A stretch of DNA of 62,236 nucleotides, filler included, from Fonticula-like sp. SCN 57-25 (GCA_001724245.1; 10 parts of 10 records of this genome joined end to end with filler, not necessarily neighbours in it); one strand, 5' to 3'; numbered from the whole stretch's first letter, positions 33,465-45,945 are shown. The notes: generated by a model not told the origin, from the sequence alone. A program made the numbers and translations.

Positions 33465-35591
33465 TTACACGCGGCTCTTAAACTTGCCCGAGAAGCTGAC
33501 CTTCTTGGTGGCGACGAGGAAGACGGCGGCGCCGATAAGCGCAACACCGGCAATGACACCAATGACGATACCGGCGATGGCACCGGCCGAGAGGGTGTTG
33601 TCGGCGACGATGGTGCCCTTCTGCGAGCGGTTCGAAAAGTTGTTGTTGCGGGACGACATGTAGTAGAAGGTTCCGGTGCTCTGCACCTGCGCCATGTGGT
33701 CAAAGTAGGGCGTGGGCATGAGGCTGTTGTTGGGGTCGCGGGGGCCGTTCAAAAAGTGGCACGAGCGCGGGTTGTTGTTGGCGTTGGACTGGGTGGTGAG
33801 CATCTCCTGGGTCGAGAAGCAGTCCGACGGGTCCTGGCCGACCCAGGCGAGCGCCGCCAGGTCCTCCTCGGTAAAGAGGCCGCTGGTGCGGTTGATCGAG
33901 CGCGGCAGGTTGGCGTCAAAGGTCTGGAGCTCGACAACGTTGTTGCGGTCAGTGCCGGCGCGGCCCTCGCCCGCATTGTTGTTGTCGTTGTAGTCGGTGC
34001 CGTCCCACTGGAAGTGGACATAGTCGCCCTGGCGCACGTGCAGGTTGTTCGGCACAAAGTCGTACTCGACGCAGTTGCGGACCTGGGCAATGTTGCCGCG
34101 CTTGCCGCGCACGTTCAGGTTGTGAATGGTGGCGCCAGAGAGCTCGGCGGGGCGGCGGCGGATCTCAAAGATGTAGGTGCGGTCCTCAAAGGTGCGGCCG
34201 TACTGCGCAGTGTTGATGGCCATGCGGACGGGGAGCGCCTGGAGCGGGCTCAGCGTCGCGTTGCCCTGGCCGTACGTGTGAACCGGGTTGTTGCGCTGGA
34301 AGACGCGGTTGTTGGTGGCGTCAAAGTTCCACGCGACCTCGGCCGTCGAAATGTTGTAGCGCACGCGGATCAGGCAGCGCACGCTGTCCTTGTCGCCGAG
34401 AATGTTCTCGGGCACGTTCCACTCAAAGTTGGCAAAGGCGTCCTCGTTGCTCTCGTCATTGTCGCCGCGGTTGTCAATGTTGCCGAGGCGGTTGTCGGGC
34501 TGGTGGGCCGCGAGGCGGCACACGGGCAGGTCCCAGTTCCAGCTGCCAAAGCACGACCACTTGGCGCCCGCGCTCTCGCAGTCCAGCTTGTTGTTGTAGT
34601 AGAAGGCGGTCACGTTGGCGGCAAGGTCGCCGCCGGGCGCAGCGATGCAGTGGCACTTGTCCTTCTGGTTCTGCGACTCGGCGAGGTAATAGTCGCACAT
34701 GGACGTGTTGGACGTGAAGATGGCAAGATCGCGCCACGGGGTCGGGTGCCAGTACGGGTAGTAATCCTTCTCCTCGGGGCACTCAAAGCCGTAGCGGGCG
34801 CTGTTGGGCTCCTGGCGATCGGCGGTGGCGCCGCGGTTGTTGTTCACGTTCTGCGTCGACGTCCAGAGGCCGCGGTTGCGGTCGCGCGAGCGGCACATGA
34901 CCCACCAGTGCTCGGGCTCGTGGTAGCCGTACGTCTTGAGCTTGCGGGTGGAGCACTCGCACGTGTCAGAGTTGAAGGTGCCGCGGTCGCCGCCGTTCGA
35001 CAGCTCGAGCTCGTTGCACTGGGGAATGTCAATGAAGCCGTTGGGGCAGTCCGCGTTCAGGTCGGTGCGCGCAGTGTCGACAGTCACGGTCGTCGGGCGC
35101 GTGTTGGTGCAGGTCGAGCCAAAGGTCTCAAACGGATTGTTGCGGTTGCCGTTGGCGCACTCCTGATCGGGGCGGTCAACGCAGGGGCGGCCGAGCGACA
35201 TGCCGTCGGTCAGGCGGTACGAGTCCTGCTCGGACGGGCCGGCAAAGGCCTTAAAGTCATCCTCGCAGCCGAGCTGGATCACATGCTGGCACTGATCAAT
35301 CTCGGGGTTGGTGGGGGTGTCCTTGGTGGTGGCCTCGCCGTTACCGCAAGAGTGCTGCGAGTACCACTCGACGCGGAGAACGGTGTTGGGGTAGAAATAG
35401 AGCTCGTGGTTCTCGGGGGTGCCATAGCCGCCAGCGGCATTGTTCTGGGAGTTAAACATGCGGTTCGCGTTGCGGCGATCATTAGACTTTTCGTCGCAAC
35501 GGTCGTTCTGGCCACGGGGGAAGTGCAGGTAGACATCACCAAGGGCGACAGCCATGACGGCCGCCAAAACAAGAAGCGTCGAGGCGCGCAT
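33465..35591 (-). CDS. DD3-3-like type I membrane protein
   Basis: Signal peptide, DVYLHFPRGQNDR...NANRMFNSQNNAAGGY, RYGFECPEEKDYYPYWHPTPWRD, NLNVRGKRGNIAQV and SRNNNFSNRSQKG, then a C-terminal TM helix. Confidence 0.85.
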   Translation of the reverse strand: MRASTLLVLAAVMAVALGDVYLHFPRGQNDRCDEKSNDRRNANRMFNSQNNAAGGYGTPENHELYFYPNTVLRVEWYSQHSCGNGEATTKDTPTNPEIDQCQHVIQLGCEDDFKAFAGPSEQDSYRLTDGMSLGRPCVDRPDQECANGNRNNPFETFGSTCTNTRPTTVTVDTARTDLNADCPNGFIDIPQCNELELSNGGDRGTFNSDTCECSTRKLKTYGYHEPEHWWVMCRSRDRNRGLWTSTQNVNNNRGATADRQEPNSARYGFECPEEKDYYPYWHPTPWRDLAIFTSNTSMCDYYLAESQNQKDKCHCIAAPGGDLAANVTAFYYNNKLDCESAGAKWSCFGSWNWDLPVCRLAAHQPDNRLGNIDNRGDNDESNEDAFANFEWNVPENILGDKDSVRCLIRVRYNISTAEVAWNFDATNNRVFQRNNPVHTYGQGNATLSPLQALPVRMAINTAQYGRTFEDRTYIFEIRRRPAELSGATIHNLNVRGKRGNIAQVRNCVEYDFVPNNLHVRQGDYVHFQWDGTDYNDNNNAGEGRAGTDRNNVVELQTFDANLPRSINRTSGLFTEEDLAALAWVGQDPSDCFSTQEMLTTQSNANNNPRSCHFLNGPRDPNNSLMPTPYFDHMAQVQSTGTFYYMSSRNNNFSNRSQKGTIVADNTLSAGAIAGIVIGVIAGVALIGAAVFLVATKKVSFSGKFKSRV

Positions 35592-36228
35592 GACGAGTCA
35601 GGTGCACCGGCAAAAAATCGACGAAACTTGCGGATTAAAAATAACAAAAAACTTTTTCTTGGCCCGCCAGCAGGATAAGAAAAAAGCCTTCTTTAGTGAA
35701 ACACGGGCTGTGTGCGCGCGCTTCCCTGGACTCCTCTCTTCCTCCGCTCCTTTACTGCTGAAAGAAGGGGGAAAGGGTCGGAAAAGGGTCGGGGACGGAG
35801 AAGAAGCACAATAAAATGGTGCCACGGAAAAGGCCTAGCCTAAACGTGTGTTTGGGCGCCTCCCCCCCTCTAACGAATCAAAAATTTCCTCTTTTGGGTT
35901 GGCATGCAATCAGGAATCGTCTCGAAGGAATGGCATTCACCATACCCCATCATAATACGTCAATAGTCAATGAGACGATTTTGAGGAGAAGTGAGTAACG
36001 GCCCACATTCACTGTGTATCGATTGACTATGCCCAATATGGCATCTCACTATTCGGCGAAATCGTCCACGTGCATTCCCTTTGTAATTAATCTCGTTGAC
36101 CATTGTGTACCCCACCCCGGTCCGGACCCCGGGGGTACCCTGTTCCGCCTACTCGTTACATTGTTTTTTCAACGTTCTTCTTTTGGCCTCCCGGGCACTG
36201 CCGATCCCCGTCGACGACCGCCGCCGCC

Positions 36229-37580
36229 ATGGGTCGCATCGCCTCCCCCTCGCTGGTCGTCCTTCTGGGCCTCCTGCTCGTGACTTCCAATGCGTTCCCC
36301 GCCATGAACGCGATCCCTCCCTCTGATGTGAACTCCGCCGTCAACCACTACTTTGTGGCCCCCCTTCTGCCTCAGTACGCGCGCCCGCTGAATGGCGCCA
36401 ACGACAACAACAATGGCGGCTTCCTCGGCGTGCTCAAGGGCAACGATCTTCACTACAAGATTGCGCACTCGATCACTGCCGTTTCCAAGATTGGCATTTA
36501 CGGCCCGCGCCGCGCCACGACGGACCCGAACAATCTCGGCGTCGTGATCAATGACCAGGCTGATTCGCGCGTCGTCGGCATGGATGCCCCGCTCGTGAAG
36601 GAGCTTGACCCCTACCCGCGCTCGCTGAGCGGCGTGTGGACGCTCACCTCGGCCGAGATGCAGATGCTTTTCAGCCAGGCGCTTTTCGTGCGCATTGACA
36701 GCGAGGGCTTCCCGAATGGCGCGCTCGCCGGCGCCATCCTGCGCGACTCGTACGTCATCAACCTCCCGTCGTACCTGATCGACATGGTCGGCAATGACGG
36801 CTATCAGTTCCCTATCCCGACCGACACCTCGTCCAACTTCCCGAGCAGCGCCGGCACGACGAGCGTCGGCGTCGGCTACCTGTACATCTCGCTCACTGGC
36901 GCCCAGAACCGCTGGAACGGCTTCATCTTCCACAGCATGGAGACGCCCGGCCGCCTGCTCGTCCGCTGCAAGAACGGCCTCAGCGCCACCCTCGTGGCCA
37001 ACGGCGCCAGCCCCTTTGTCCTCAACAACGTCGAGGTCGATGAGGCCGTCAGCATGGAGATGCACGTCACTGGCCAGTGCTACCTGTTCGCCACTTCCGC
37101 CGCCTACCCCGACGGCGAGCTGTTCGCCTACCCCTTCAAGTCGTCGCACTTTGACGTGCAGCTCAACGGCGCCAACATGGGCGTCGCGAGCGGCTACGTC
37201 GCCTCTGCGCACATCTGGGCCGACCGCGCCTCCCGCTGGCTCTACGGCAACTACTTCTCCAACCTGACCACCGCCGACATCACCGACATTTCCGTGCACA
37301 ACCAGGACACGGACGCGCTCATCTGCCGCATGTTCCCCGGCGGCCTCCCCGCGACGCGCACGCTGCCGACCGTCGGCTGCCGCGTCAACGAGACCGACAT
37401 GGACGCCATCTGGAACGCGCGCACCTACGTCGTCGTGTCCACCACCGCCAACCCGGGCGGCGAGCTCAGGGGGCTGGCCAGGGTGACCGAGCAGCCGGAG
37501 ACGTCCAGCGGGCTGGGCGCCGGCGCCATCGCGGGCATCGTCATTGGCGTCATCGCGGGTGTCGCGCTCATCGGCGGCGT
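36229..37580 (+). CDS. Type I membrane protein with three CHRD (chordin)-like domains (3' truncated)
   Basis: Signal peptide. Three CHRD C-terminal motifs: FVRIDSEGFPNGALAG, YLFATSAAYPDGELFA and YVVVSTTANPGGELRG. TM helix at the contig end. Confidence 0.72.
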
Positions 37581-37680
37581 NNNNNNNNNNNNNNNNNNNN
37601 NNNNNNNNNNNNNNNNNNNNNNNNTTAATTAATTAANNNNNNNNNNNNNNNNNNNNNNNNNNNNNNNNNNNNNNNNNNNN

Positions 37681-37972
37681 CCCAACGTGTTTGAGCATTT
37701 GCAGCGCGTCGTGAACGAGCCGTCGCCGGCACTCACCCGCGGTGTGTACGCCGACGAATTGTGCGACCTGGTCGACACGTGTCTTCAAAAGGAATGCGCG
37801 GACCGCAAAGATTATGCCCATTTGCTTCAGCATCCCTTTATTGTGCGGTACGTTATATCAGACTTTCTTTTCTGTTCGCTCACTTTTTTTCCATAGGTAC
37901 TCGTCGACCGATATATCGACCTGGGTACAAGAAACGGCACAAAACCTCACGCTTCCAAGCCAGTCTCCATAG
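37681..37972 (+). CDS. MAP kinase kinase (STE7 family) C-terminal fragment; intron 37848-37896
   Basis: VFEHLQRVVNEPSPAL...LVDTCLQKECADRKDYAHLLQHPFI. Confidence 0.75.
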
Positions 37973-38339
37973 CAAGTTGTCCAAATAAGTGTTGTGAGCA
38001 GGTTTCAGGCTCTCAGGCTTGAAAAATAAACATTATTTCATTTGGCTCGCGCCCTCCCGTACAATTTTACATCGGCACGCAAACCCGCCAAACCCCTCAG
38101 TTTTGCGCATCATGGGAGTGGTCAAGGGAATTCCAGACACAAACCTACCAAATCGGGCGATGGTTGTTTTAAACACTATCTGATGACTATCAGCTTGACT
38201 GATCAGATTTTTTGATTGGCCGATTAGCCGGTCTCCGTGAAATTATTGGCCAACCACCAACTTCCGGTTCCAAGAAAACGCAGGAGACTCTTTCCGCCCA
38301 CCTTTTACTTTTCGTTGCTCTTCTCCGCGCCCATCAAAC

Positions 38340-41300
38340 ATGACGGACGACGAGCAGCAGGAGCCCCGTGTGGAGGAGCCCCAAAACAATGAGGAGCAGG
38401 TTGAGGCCTCCAACAGCAACGAGGAAGCCCAGGAGGCTCCCGCTGCCGAGCCTTCCTCGGAGGCCCCCGAGCCTGCCTCGGACGCTGCCGAGCCTGCCGC
38501 CGAGGCCGCCGAGCCTTCGGAGGCGGCGGTTCCCGAGACCTCCGCGGAGGCCGCTCCCGCCCCCGAACCCGAGCCTGCGCCGAAGAAGGCCGCTCCGAAG
38601 GAGGAGAAGCGCGTGAAGATCGAACTTGAGGACAAGTTCATCAAGGTACGGCGCCCGCACGCAGCGGTTTTGCATTGTTGACCGTTTGTTTGTATAGCTC
38701 TGCAAGGGAAGGGCGTCTCCCCATGAGCGCCTCTTTGTTCTTACTTCGGACGAGCCGCGCGCTATTCGCTGGAGCTCCCCGAAGAAGGTGCAGAGCAAGA
38801 GCAGCATCGACATTGACCTCGTTGTTGAGGTCATCGAGGGTCAGACCCACAAGTCGTACGTGAAACGCCCCACTTTGTTTCAAATCTGACAATCGGGGCT
38901 TGCTAGTTTCGCCAAGCATAAGAAGGCTGCTTGGGAGTCGCGCGCTCTGACCATTGTCTACCACGACTTTGCCGGTCACAACACGATCGATATTGTTGCT
39001 CACACCAACGATCAGCGCAACAAGTGGGCGCGTTCTATTCGTACCGCGATGACTCGCGTCAAGCACGATCCTATTCACCGCTTCCTGAAGATTGCCTGGA
39101 AGCACGCTGACACCAACGGTGACGAGAAGCTTGACTTCCCGGAGATTGTCGTGCTGCTCCACGGCCTCAATGTCCCGCTCAGCAAGTCCCAAGTGCAGAA
39201 GGAGTTTGATGGAGCCGATCCGGACCGCCTTGGTTACCTCGACTTTAAGCGTTTCGAGATTTTCTACCGCCGTCTCAAGTTCCGCCCCGATCTCCAGAAG
39301 ATCTTCTACTCGGTTGCGGTCGCGCGCAAGGAGGCGGTCTCGCACGCGGAGCTCCGCAAGTTCCTGAACAACGTGCAGGGCATTAAGGCGACCGATGCCG
39401 ATGTGTCGCTCATCATTCAGAAGTACAAGGACAACTTTGCGCCGAACGGTCACCTTTCCGTTGAGGGTTTCACCAATTACATGCGCTCGTCGGAGACGAA
39501 TGCGGTGTCTGCTTCTTTCAACAAGGTCACCCACGACATGACCCAGCCTCTCGCTGCTTACTGGATCAACTCGTCCCACAACACTTACCTCACCGGCGAC
39601 CAGCTGAAGAGCAAGTCGTCTCCCGAGGCGTACGGCTCTGCGCTCCGCCGCGGCTGCCGCTGCGTGGAGCTTGATTGCTGGGATGGTCCGGATGGTGAGC
39701 CGATCATCTACCACGGTTTCACGATGACGTCCAAGATCCTTTTCAAGGATGTTATTCAGGCCATCAAGGATAACGCGTTCCTCACGAGCCCCTACCCGGT
39801 GATTCTTTCGCTTGAGAACCACTGCGGTCTCATTCAGCAGGAAACCATGGCCAAGCACCTCACCAAGATCCTTGGTGACGCGCTCAAGGTTCCTGCTCTC
39901 GAGAGCGACGACTCCCCTCTCCCCTCTCCCGAGGCACTCAAGTTTAAGGTTCTCATCAAGGGCAAGAAGCTTCCCAAGGACCCCGAGATGTCAAAGGCCG
40001 AGAAGAAGAAGCTGGACCAGCAGCGCCTGAAGGAGGAGAAGAAGATCAAGGAGGCTGAGCGCAAGGAGGCTGCCCGTCTTAAGCAGGTTGAGGCGGACCG
40101 TGTCAAGCAGGAGGCCGAGCGCGCCAAGCAGGAGGCTGAGCGCCAGAAGCAGGAGGCCGAGCGCGCCAAGCAGGAGGCGCTTCGCCAGAAGCAGGAGGCC
40201 CAGAAGGAGGCCGAGCGCGTTAAGCAGGAGGCCCTTCGCCAGAAGCAGGAGGCCCAGAAGGAGGCCCAGCGCCAGAAGCAGGAGGCCCTTCGCTTGAAGC
40301 AGGAGGCCCAGAAGGAGGCCCAGCGCCAAAAGCAGGAGGCCCAGCGCCTTAAGCGCGAGGAGAAGCGTCGCCTTGCTGAGGAGCGTGGCGAGCAGCTCGC
40401 CGATGAGTCTCAGGATGTCATTGGCGGTGAGTCGCAGGATGCCATCGGCGAGGACGGCGAGAACGTCAACGAGGACGGCGAGAACGTCAACGAGGACGGC
40501 GAGAACGTTAACGAGGACGGCGAGAAGGTTGATGAGGACGGCGAGAAGGCTGACGAGGACGGTGAGAAGGCTGATGAAGCCGCCGCCGACACCGAGGAGC
40601 CCGTCGCTGAGCCCGAGGAGCCCGTCGCTGAGCCCGAGGAGCCTGCCGCTGCGCCCGAGGAGCCCGTCGCTGAGCCCGAGGAACCCGCTGCCGAGCCCGA
40701 GGAGCCCGCTGCCGAGGAGCCCGCCGAAGAGTCCAAGGACGAGGTGGCCGAGGAGGCCGAGGAGGCCGAGGAGGAGGAGGTGGAGCAGACTGGCAACGAG
40801 TCGGACTTTGAGAGCGACTCTGACGACGAGGACGTGTCTTCGGAAGTCAAGGCCCTCAAGAAGGCGCAGGGTAAGAAGGGCAAGGTCAAGCTCCCTGTTG
40901 TTTCCAAGGAGCTGTCTGCCCTTGTGCACTACTTTGCCGCCTCGCACTTCAAGGGCTTTGAAACGAGCAAGACCGCCCCCACGTGGCAGATGTCGTCGTT
41001 CGCCGAGAAGAAGGCTGTTCGCCTGAGCACCGAGACGCGTTCGGAGTTTATCGAGTACAACACGCGGAGCATCAGCCGCATCTACCCCGCTGGCGCTCGC
41101 GTGGACTCGTCCAACTACGATCCCACGCCCATGTGGTGTGCTGGTTCGCAGATTGTGGCCCTCAACTTCCAGACCATCGACCTCCCGATGCGCCTGAACC
41201 TCGGCAAGTTCTTGGAGAACGGCAACGCTGGTTACCTCCTCAAGCCGCAGTATCTGCGTGATACCTCGGTGGCCCCCCCGAACAAGCTCAAGAAGGTGCA

Positions 41301-41670
41301 GATCACGGTCATTTCTGCCCAGCAGCTTCCCAAGCCGGAGAGCCAGTCCAAGGGCGAGGTTATCGATCCTTACGTCGAGGTGACGATGCACGGCGTCGAC
41401 GCCGAGGGCAAGTTCCGCACCAAGGCCATCCAGGACAACGGTTTCAACCCCGAGTGGAACGAGACGTTCGTGTTGAGCACGACCGACGAGTCCACCGCGC
41501 TGGTCTCCTTCAACGTGTTTGACAAGGATGTCAACGAGGATGACTTTATCGCTGTCGCTGTCGTCCCGCTGTCGCTCCTGCAGCCCGGCTACCGCCACAT
41601 TGAGCTCCGTGACCACCGCTTCACCCAGCTGAACATGGCGTCGCTCTTTGTGCAGGTCAAGTTCTTGTAA
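38340..41670 (+). CDS. Phosphoinositide phospholipase C (delta-like PH-EF-X-Y-C2) with expanded X-Y linker; introns ~38646-38696 and ~38855-38905
   Basis: HDMTQPLAAYWINSSHNTYLTGDQL, GCRCVELDCWDG, YHGFTMTSKI, SLENHC, ISRIYPAGARVDSSNYDP and C2 motif NGFNPEWNE. Confidence 0.95.
40090..40730 (+). repeat. Coding minisatellites in the PLC linker: KQEA-based units, (EDGE[NK][VA][ND])x6 and (EEP[VA]A[EA]P)x6-7
   Basis: 21-nt units GAGGACGGCGAGAACGTCAAC at ~40450-40575 and GAGGAGCCCGTCGCTGAGCCC at ~40594-40730. Confidence 0.9.
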
Positions 41671-42070
41671 ATTGCCGCTGGCAGGTCCAAAATCAAGACA
41701 CCTCACTTTCTTCATCTTTCCATTACCCTCACTTTGTAATGTTTTCATGGTGGTACCGATATCCGTAAATCTTCAGTGGTAGTTTTTTTCGTGCCAGTAT
41801 TTTTCTCTTGTACCGATCGTACTTTTACCTGTGTACCTCTGTTGAAGCGGTGGGGCAGTGGACTAAGCCGCTCTCCCTTGCCTTGTGTATCTCTATCGTC
41901 TTCCATCTCCACCAACTAGCCTTTGTCATCAATACAGCCGGAAGCATCCAGTAAATTCCCATTCCCGAATATTCATTAGAAAGGCCAACACAGCTCGATC
42001 AAAAAGATGCATTCATGTTTATGACATGTTACTCGTTGGAGTTTGCAGATTGCATCCACCTCATAACGAT

Positions 42071-43768
42071 ATGGATGACCTGGACATAGACGAGGCGGGC
42101 GCCACGGTAAATGTCCAGGACATTCCTGCGCGCTCGTTTCTGGAAGTGACGGGACGAGACCCCACTGCTCTAAAGGATATGTTTTCTCGTTTGCCAATAG
42201 AGACCATGTTTGAGGAAGCGTACGGCTACGCTCGGCGGTCTCTGATTTTAACGTCCCTGTTCGACGTAGACCGTTGCCGGCGAGCGCGCCACAGGACGAA
42301 CTCCAGCAGTCGGCGAATGAGCTGGACGATCTTAGGTATTTTGCTTTATAGAGTGCTTCATGCGCTAATGTGTAAATGTGCAGTGTACCGTCGCCAGAAT
42401 GGTCTGTACAGAAACAGAGCAGCGTAGATCGGAGGCCGGCACCGAGGGGGAACCTATTGTTCTCCTCCACCCCAGCAGCAACGCCATTGCGGTCGAGCTT
42501 CCGGCCTCATGCTACTTTATATACTCCTCAAAATATGCTTCAGCAGAGCGCCATGAATTTGTTTTCCGTGCAGCCGCCTTTTGAGATTGACGCGGACATG
42601 ACCGACGTCGACGATGCCCTTCCTTCGTTGGCTGCCTCATCGCACGGGGTGTCAATGTCGTTGCTCAAGAGATCTGACATGAGCATCCAGGCGCCTTCAT
42701 TCCCGGACTTTTCTTTGCCCGACTCTCAACCCGAATCGGCGCAGGAGACACCAAACGAATCTAGGTTAAGCGGCCTGAGCACGATCAAGGTCTGGGATGG
42801 CGACGACGGAGATCGCAGCCAAGGCCAGAGCGCCGAGCAGATGACAATTGACGCAAGTAGCTCTGAAATGACGGGGCCACTCAAAGAGTTGCCTGTCGGC
42901 ACGGAGCAGGCGCCCACCCAGCTGTTTCAACAGACGATTAACCTCTCTGCGTTCCCGGAAGTGTCGCAGCTCACAAGCCAAGCGCCCCCTTCAAACGGCG
43001 TGCTGCTTGCCGCGACAACCGGGCTGTATGAGCAACAGGACAGCCAGCCAACCTCTGATCAGCATGATTGGTCGAGTGACAAGGAGACGCTGCACTTGAA
43101 CCACCTCCAACAGTCGGCAGCCGATACCAAGGCTCAGTCTCCCGCCCCTGCCACCAAGGCCCAGTCTCCCGCCCCTGTGACCAAGACTCAGTCTCCCGCC
43201 CATGCGGTGCGCATCTATTGCTTTTTTCCAACGCCACTTACCGGATGACGTAGGCGTTGTTTGCCAGCACGTTTGACGTCCCGAGCGAAACGCCACAAAA
43301 GGCAGGAGGTATTGATTTGGATGCGTATCTCCAGACCGCCAGCACACCGTCCATTCTCGGCACTTCTACTCAGCGTGGCGGGACCTTTGCCGACTGGGGA
43401 TATCCGCCAGAGATTGCCAGCCAATTGAGGCAATCGGCTGACCGAGTGCCTTTGGGGATCTCGAATAGCCGTACGAGCACGCCGTGCACGAATATCCCCT
43501 CATTAACGATTCTTAGAATTGCACCAAGCTGGCGCCCAGTCACCAGCGCAGGCGGGCAAATTGGATTTTGGATCGCCGGCGGTACCCACCATTGCGCCTG
43601 CGTCGAGCGGCGTCGCCTTGAAGCCGCTGACATCATTGTTGGACGAAGTGGATGACCGCTTTGTGGAGGACATTGCTCGCGAAGAAGCGGAGCTGGCGCG
43701 GTCTACGAATGAAACGAGCGTGCCTGTTGCGTATTTGTCGTCATCTGCTGGCGGATCCGTGAGGCTAT
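42071..43768 (+). CDS. Multi-exon low-complexity protein of unknown function (3' truncated), with a 27-nt x3 repeat (TKAQSPAPA) at ~43126-43200
   Basis: Serial ORFs flanked by GT-AG intron-like segments; S/P/Q/D-rich. Exon limits approximate. Confidence 0.45.
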
Positions 43769-44217
43769 NNNNNNNNNNNNNNNNNNNNNNNNNNNNNNNN
43801 NNNNNNNNNNNNTTAATTAATTAANNNNNNNNNNNNNNNNNNNNNNNNNNNNNNNNNNNNNNNNNNNNCACTGCTGCATGGCTGCAGATATGGCCATACT
43901 CAATCCATATTACCGCTTGCAAAGTTGCACTTATAGATATTCATCATGGTAGATGTATTCGATAGTGGTCACAAGACATGAGATGAGCGACCAAAAACAA
44001 TTGGGTAGGCATCATGCTACAAAAGTATAGAAAGCGCGGGAAGGGCTCGGTGCGGCGGCATCTCGGGATGGATATCCATACAATATATGAGGTAGGAGAA
44101 AAAATTCCTACCTTGACGACGTACCTGAGCTGCGCCGAAAAGGAAAAAGCCAGAAAGCACATAAAGAGAAAAAGACCTGGAAGAGTAAAAATGCAAGATA
44201 TATCGTGTGCGGGCAAA

Positions 44218-45177
44218 CTACTCCTTGGTGTCGGACATTGGCATGTCTTCAAAAGGAGAGTAGAAATCGCCGTCGTTGATGTCGCTGTCAAAAGCGTGCT
44301 GGAGGTGCTCTGCGTCGTCATTGACCTCAAACTCAATGTCGACAGCGTGAACGACGACGAACTTTGGCGCGTGCGTCCAGAATGCGCACACGCCAAAGAC
44401 GATGAGCTCGAAAAGGACGAGAACGCCGAGCACTTGCGTGGCAAAATTCTGAGCAGCCTTCACAGCGTCCTCAGAGTCGTAGGGCGCGTGGATCAGCTCC
44501 CGGCGCAGGACGCCCTGGAGCACGAGCGACTGAATGACGAGAACGGCAAATACGACCTTTTGGTAAGTGAACTTGCGAACAAGCTTGTGGCCCTTGACGG
44601 CAGGCGCGGCGAGCCGATAGATGCCCAAGACGCTCACAAAGAGCACGACCAGCGAGATGATCTTGACCACTTCGAGGAACACAAAGGCACCGCCGCTGTT
44701 CGGGTCATTCGCGACAAAGAACATTCCAATGGCGACGAGCGGCACAATAAACGTGTACTGGAAACAGCCGGCAAGAAGAGCCCGCAGCATCGTCCACGAA
44801 GGGCGGATGTTGACCAGGCCGCAGATGATCCGCCCGCTTGCGAGGGACCCGCTGATGTACGGGAGGCGCGCCCAGCCGCCCAAACTTTCAACCAAAATCG
44901 ACACGAAAAGAGACATAAAGACGGCACCCAATGTCTGCGTCAAAATGCCAATGACGGGAGCTGTCCCGGGATCAATTACCGTGATCAGGAACGCGATCGC
45001 CCACAGAGGGAGGCAAGCCACAGTCAGGGCATGCAGCTGAATCGCGCGCTCGTGCGCGCGGTGGCTTTTAAAATGAAGAAAAATTAGAAACAAATTGAGC
45101 AGAATGGCAATGCTTCCAAATACGCTCCCGACCGCAATTAGCAAGGTGTTGCACGACGCCTCATCCTCGCAGCCCAT
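44218..45177 (-). CDS. OST-alpha/TMEM184-family multi-pass membrane protein
   Basis: About seven hydrophobic helices, LIFLHF, GCFQYTFIVP and HKLVRKFTYQKVVFAVLVIQSLVL. Confidence 0.7.
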   Translation of the reverse strand: MGCEDEASCNTLLIAVGSVFGSIAILLNLFLIFLHFKSHRAHERAIQLHALTVACLPLWAIAFLITVIDPGTAPVIGILTQTLGAVFMSLFVSILVESLGGWARLPYISGSLASGRIICGLVNIRPSWTMLRALLAGCFQYTFIVPLVAIGMFFVANDPNSGGAFVFLEVVKIISLVVLFVSVLGIYRLAAPAVKGHKLVRKFTYQKVVFAVLVIQSLVLQGVLRRELIHAPYDSEDAVKAAQNFATQVLGVLVLFELIVFGVCAFWTHAPKFVVVHAVDIEFEVNDDAEHLQHAFDSDINDGDFYSPFEDMPMSDTKE

Positions 45178-45945
45178 GCTGTTCACGCTGCGTTCAACCA
45201 CGGTCAGGCTGCCTGCAGACGTGCGACGTGGTAAGTGTGCTCTCGAGGGGCAGCCTGAACCACCTTTTATCAACCAATCAGAGACGTGGAAGACCTGATT
45301 TTTGTCTGATTTATATTTCCTGTTTCCCTTTTCTATGAGAAACGAGACTCGTACTGCATCGAGAGGATACAGCCACATGCGTGGCACTTTATATTTTTAT
45401 TTTATGCGTAACCCCCGCCGTTAAAAAAAGTGATTATGCTGAAATCTCGAGATTACTTATAGCTTGTCAAGTAGAGTATTGAAGCTGTTCTTCTTCAGGA
45501 ACATTATGAAAATGAAAAAACACCGTGGGGGCTGCTGGGGCATTTACCAACACAAAGCGCATAATGTAGAATGTAAATGGATGAGACCCATGCTCTTTCA
45601 GCTTTTATTTTGTGTTTTCTGCGAGAGTAATAGCTAAAAATACGGTCGAAATAGGTCGCAACTCTATGCTGATTCATTCAGCTTGACCTTTTCTCCTGTA
45701 TTGCTCAAAGTGCATCTTTGGCCTGCTGCAACTCTTGCTTTTCTACATTCTTTCCTTTCGTCTTTCTACTTTCTGCGTCTTCTTTCCACTTTACCCAGTC
45801 TGCTCGAGTCTGCACGGAGTCTGCAGATCCTGAATGATGACTCATCCTACTTGATGCACATGATCTATAATTTGATGGTCATCATCTGGCGGTTACTTTT
45901 AATCACAAACCGCCAAAAAGCGCGCGCCCAACTGACGCCTCGCCG

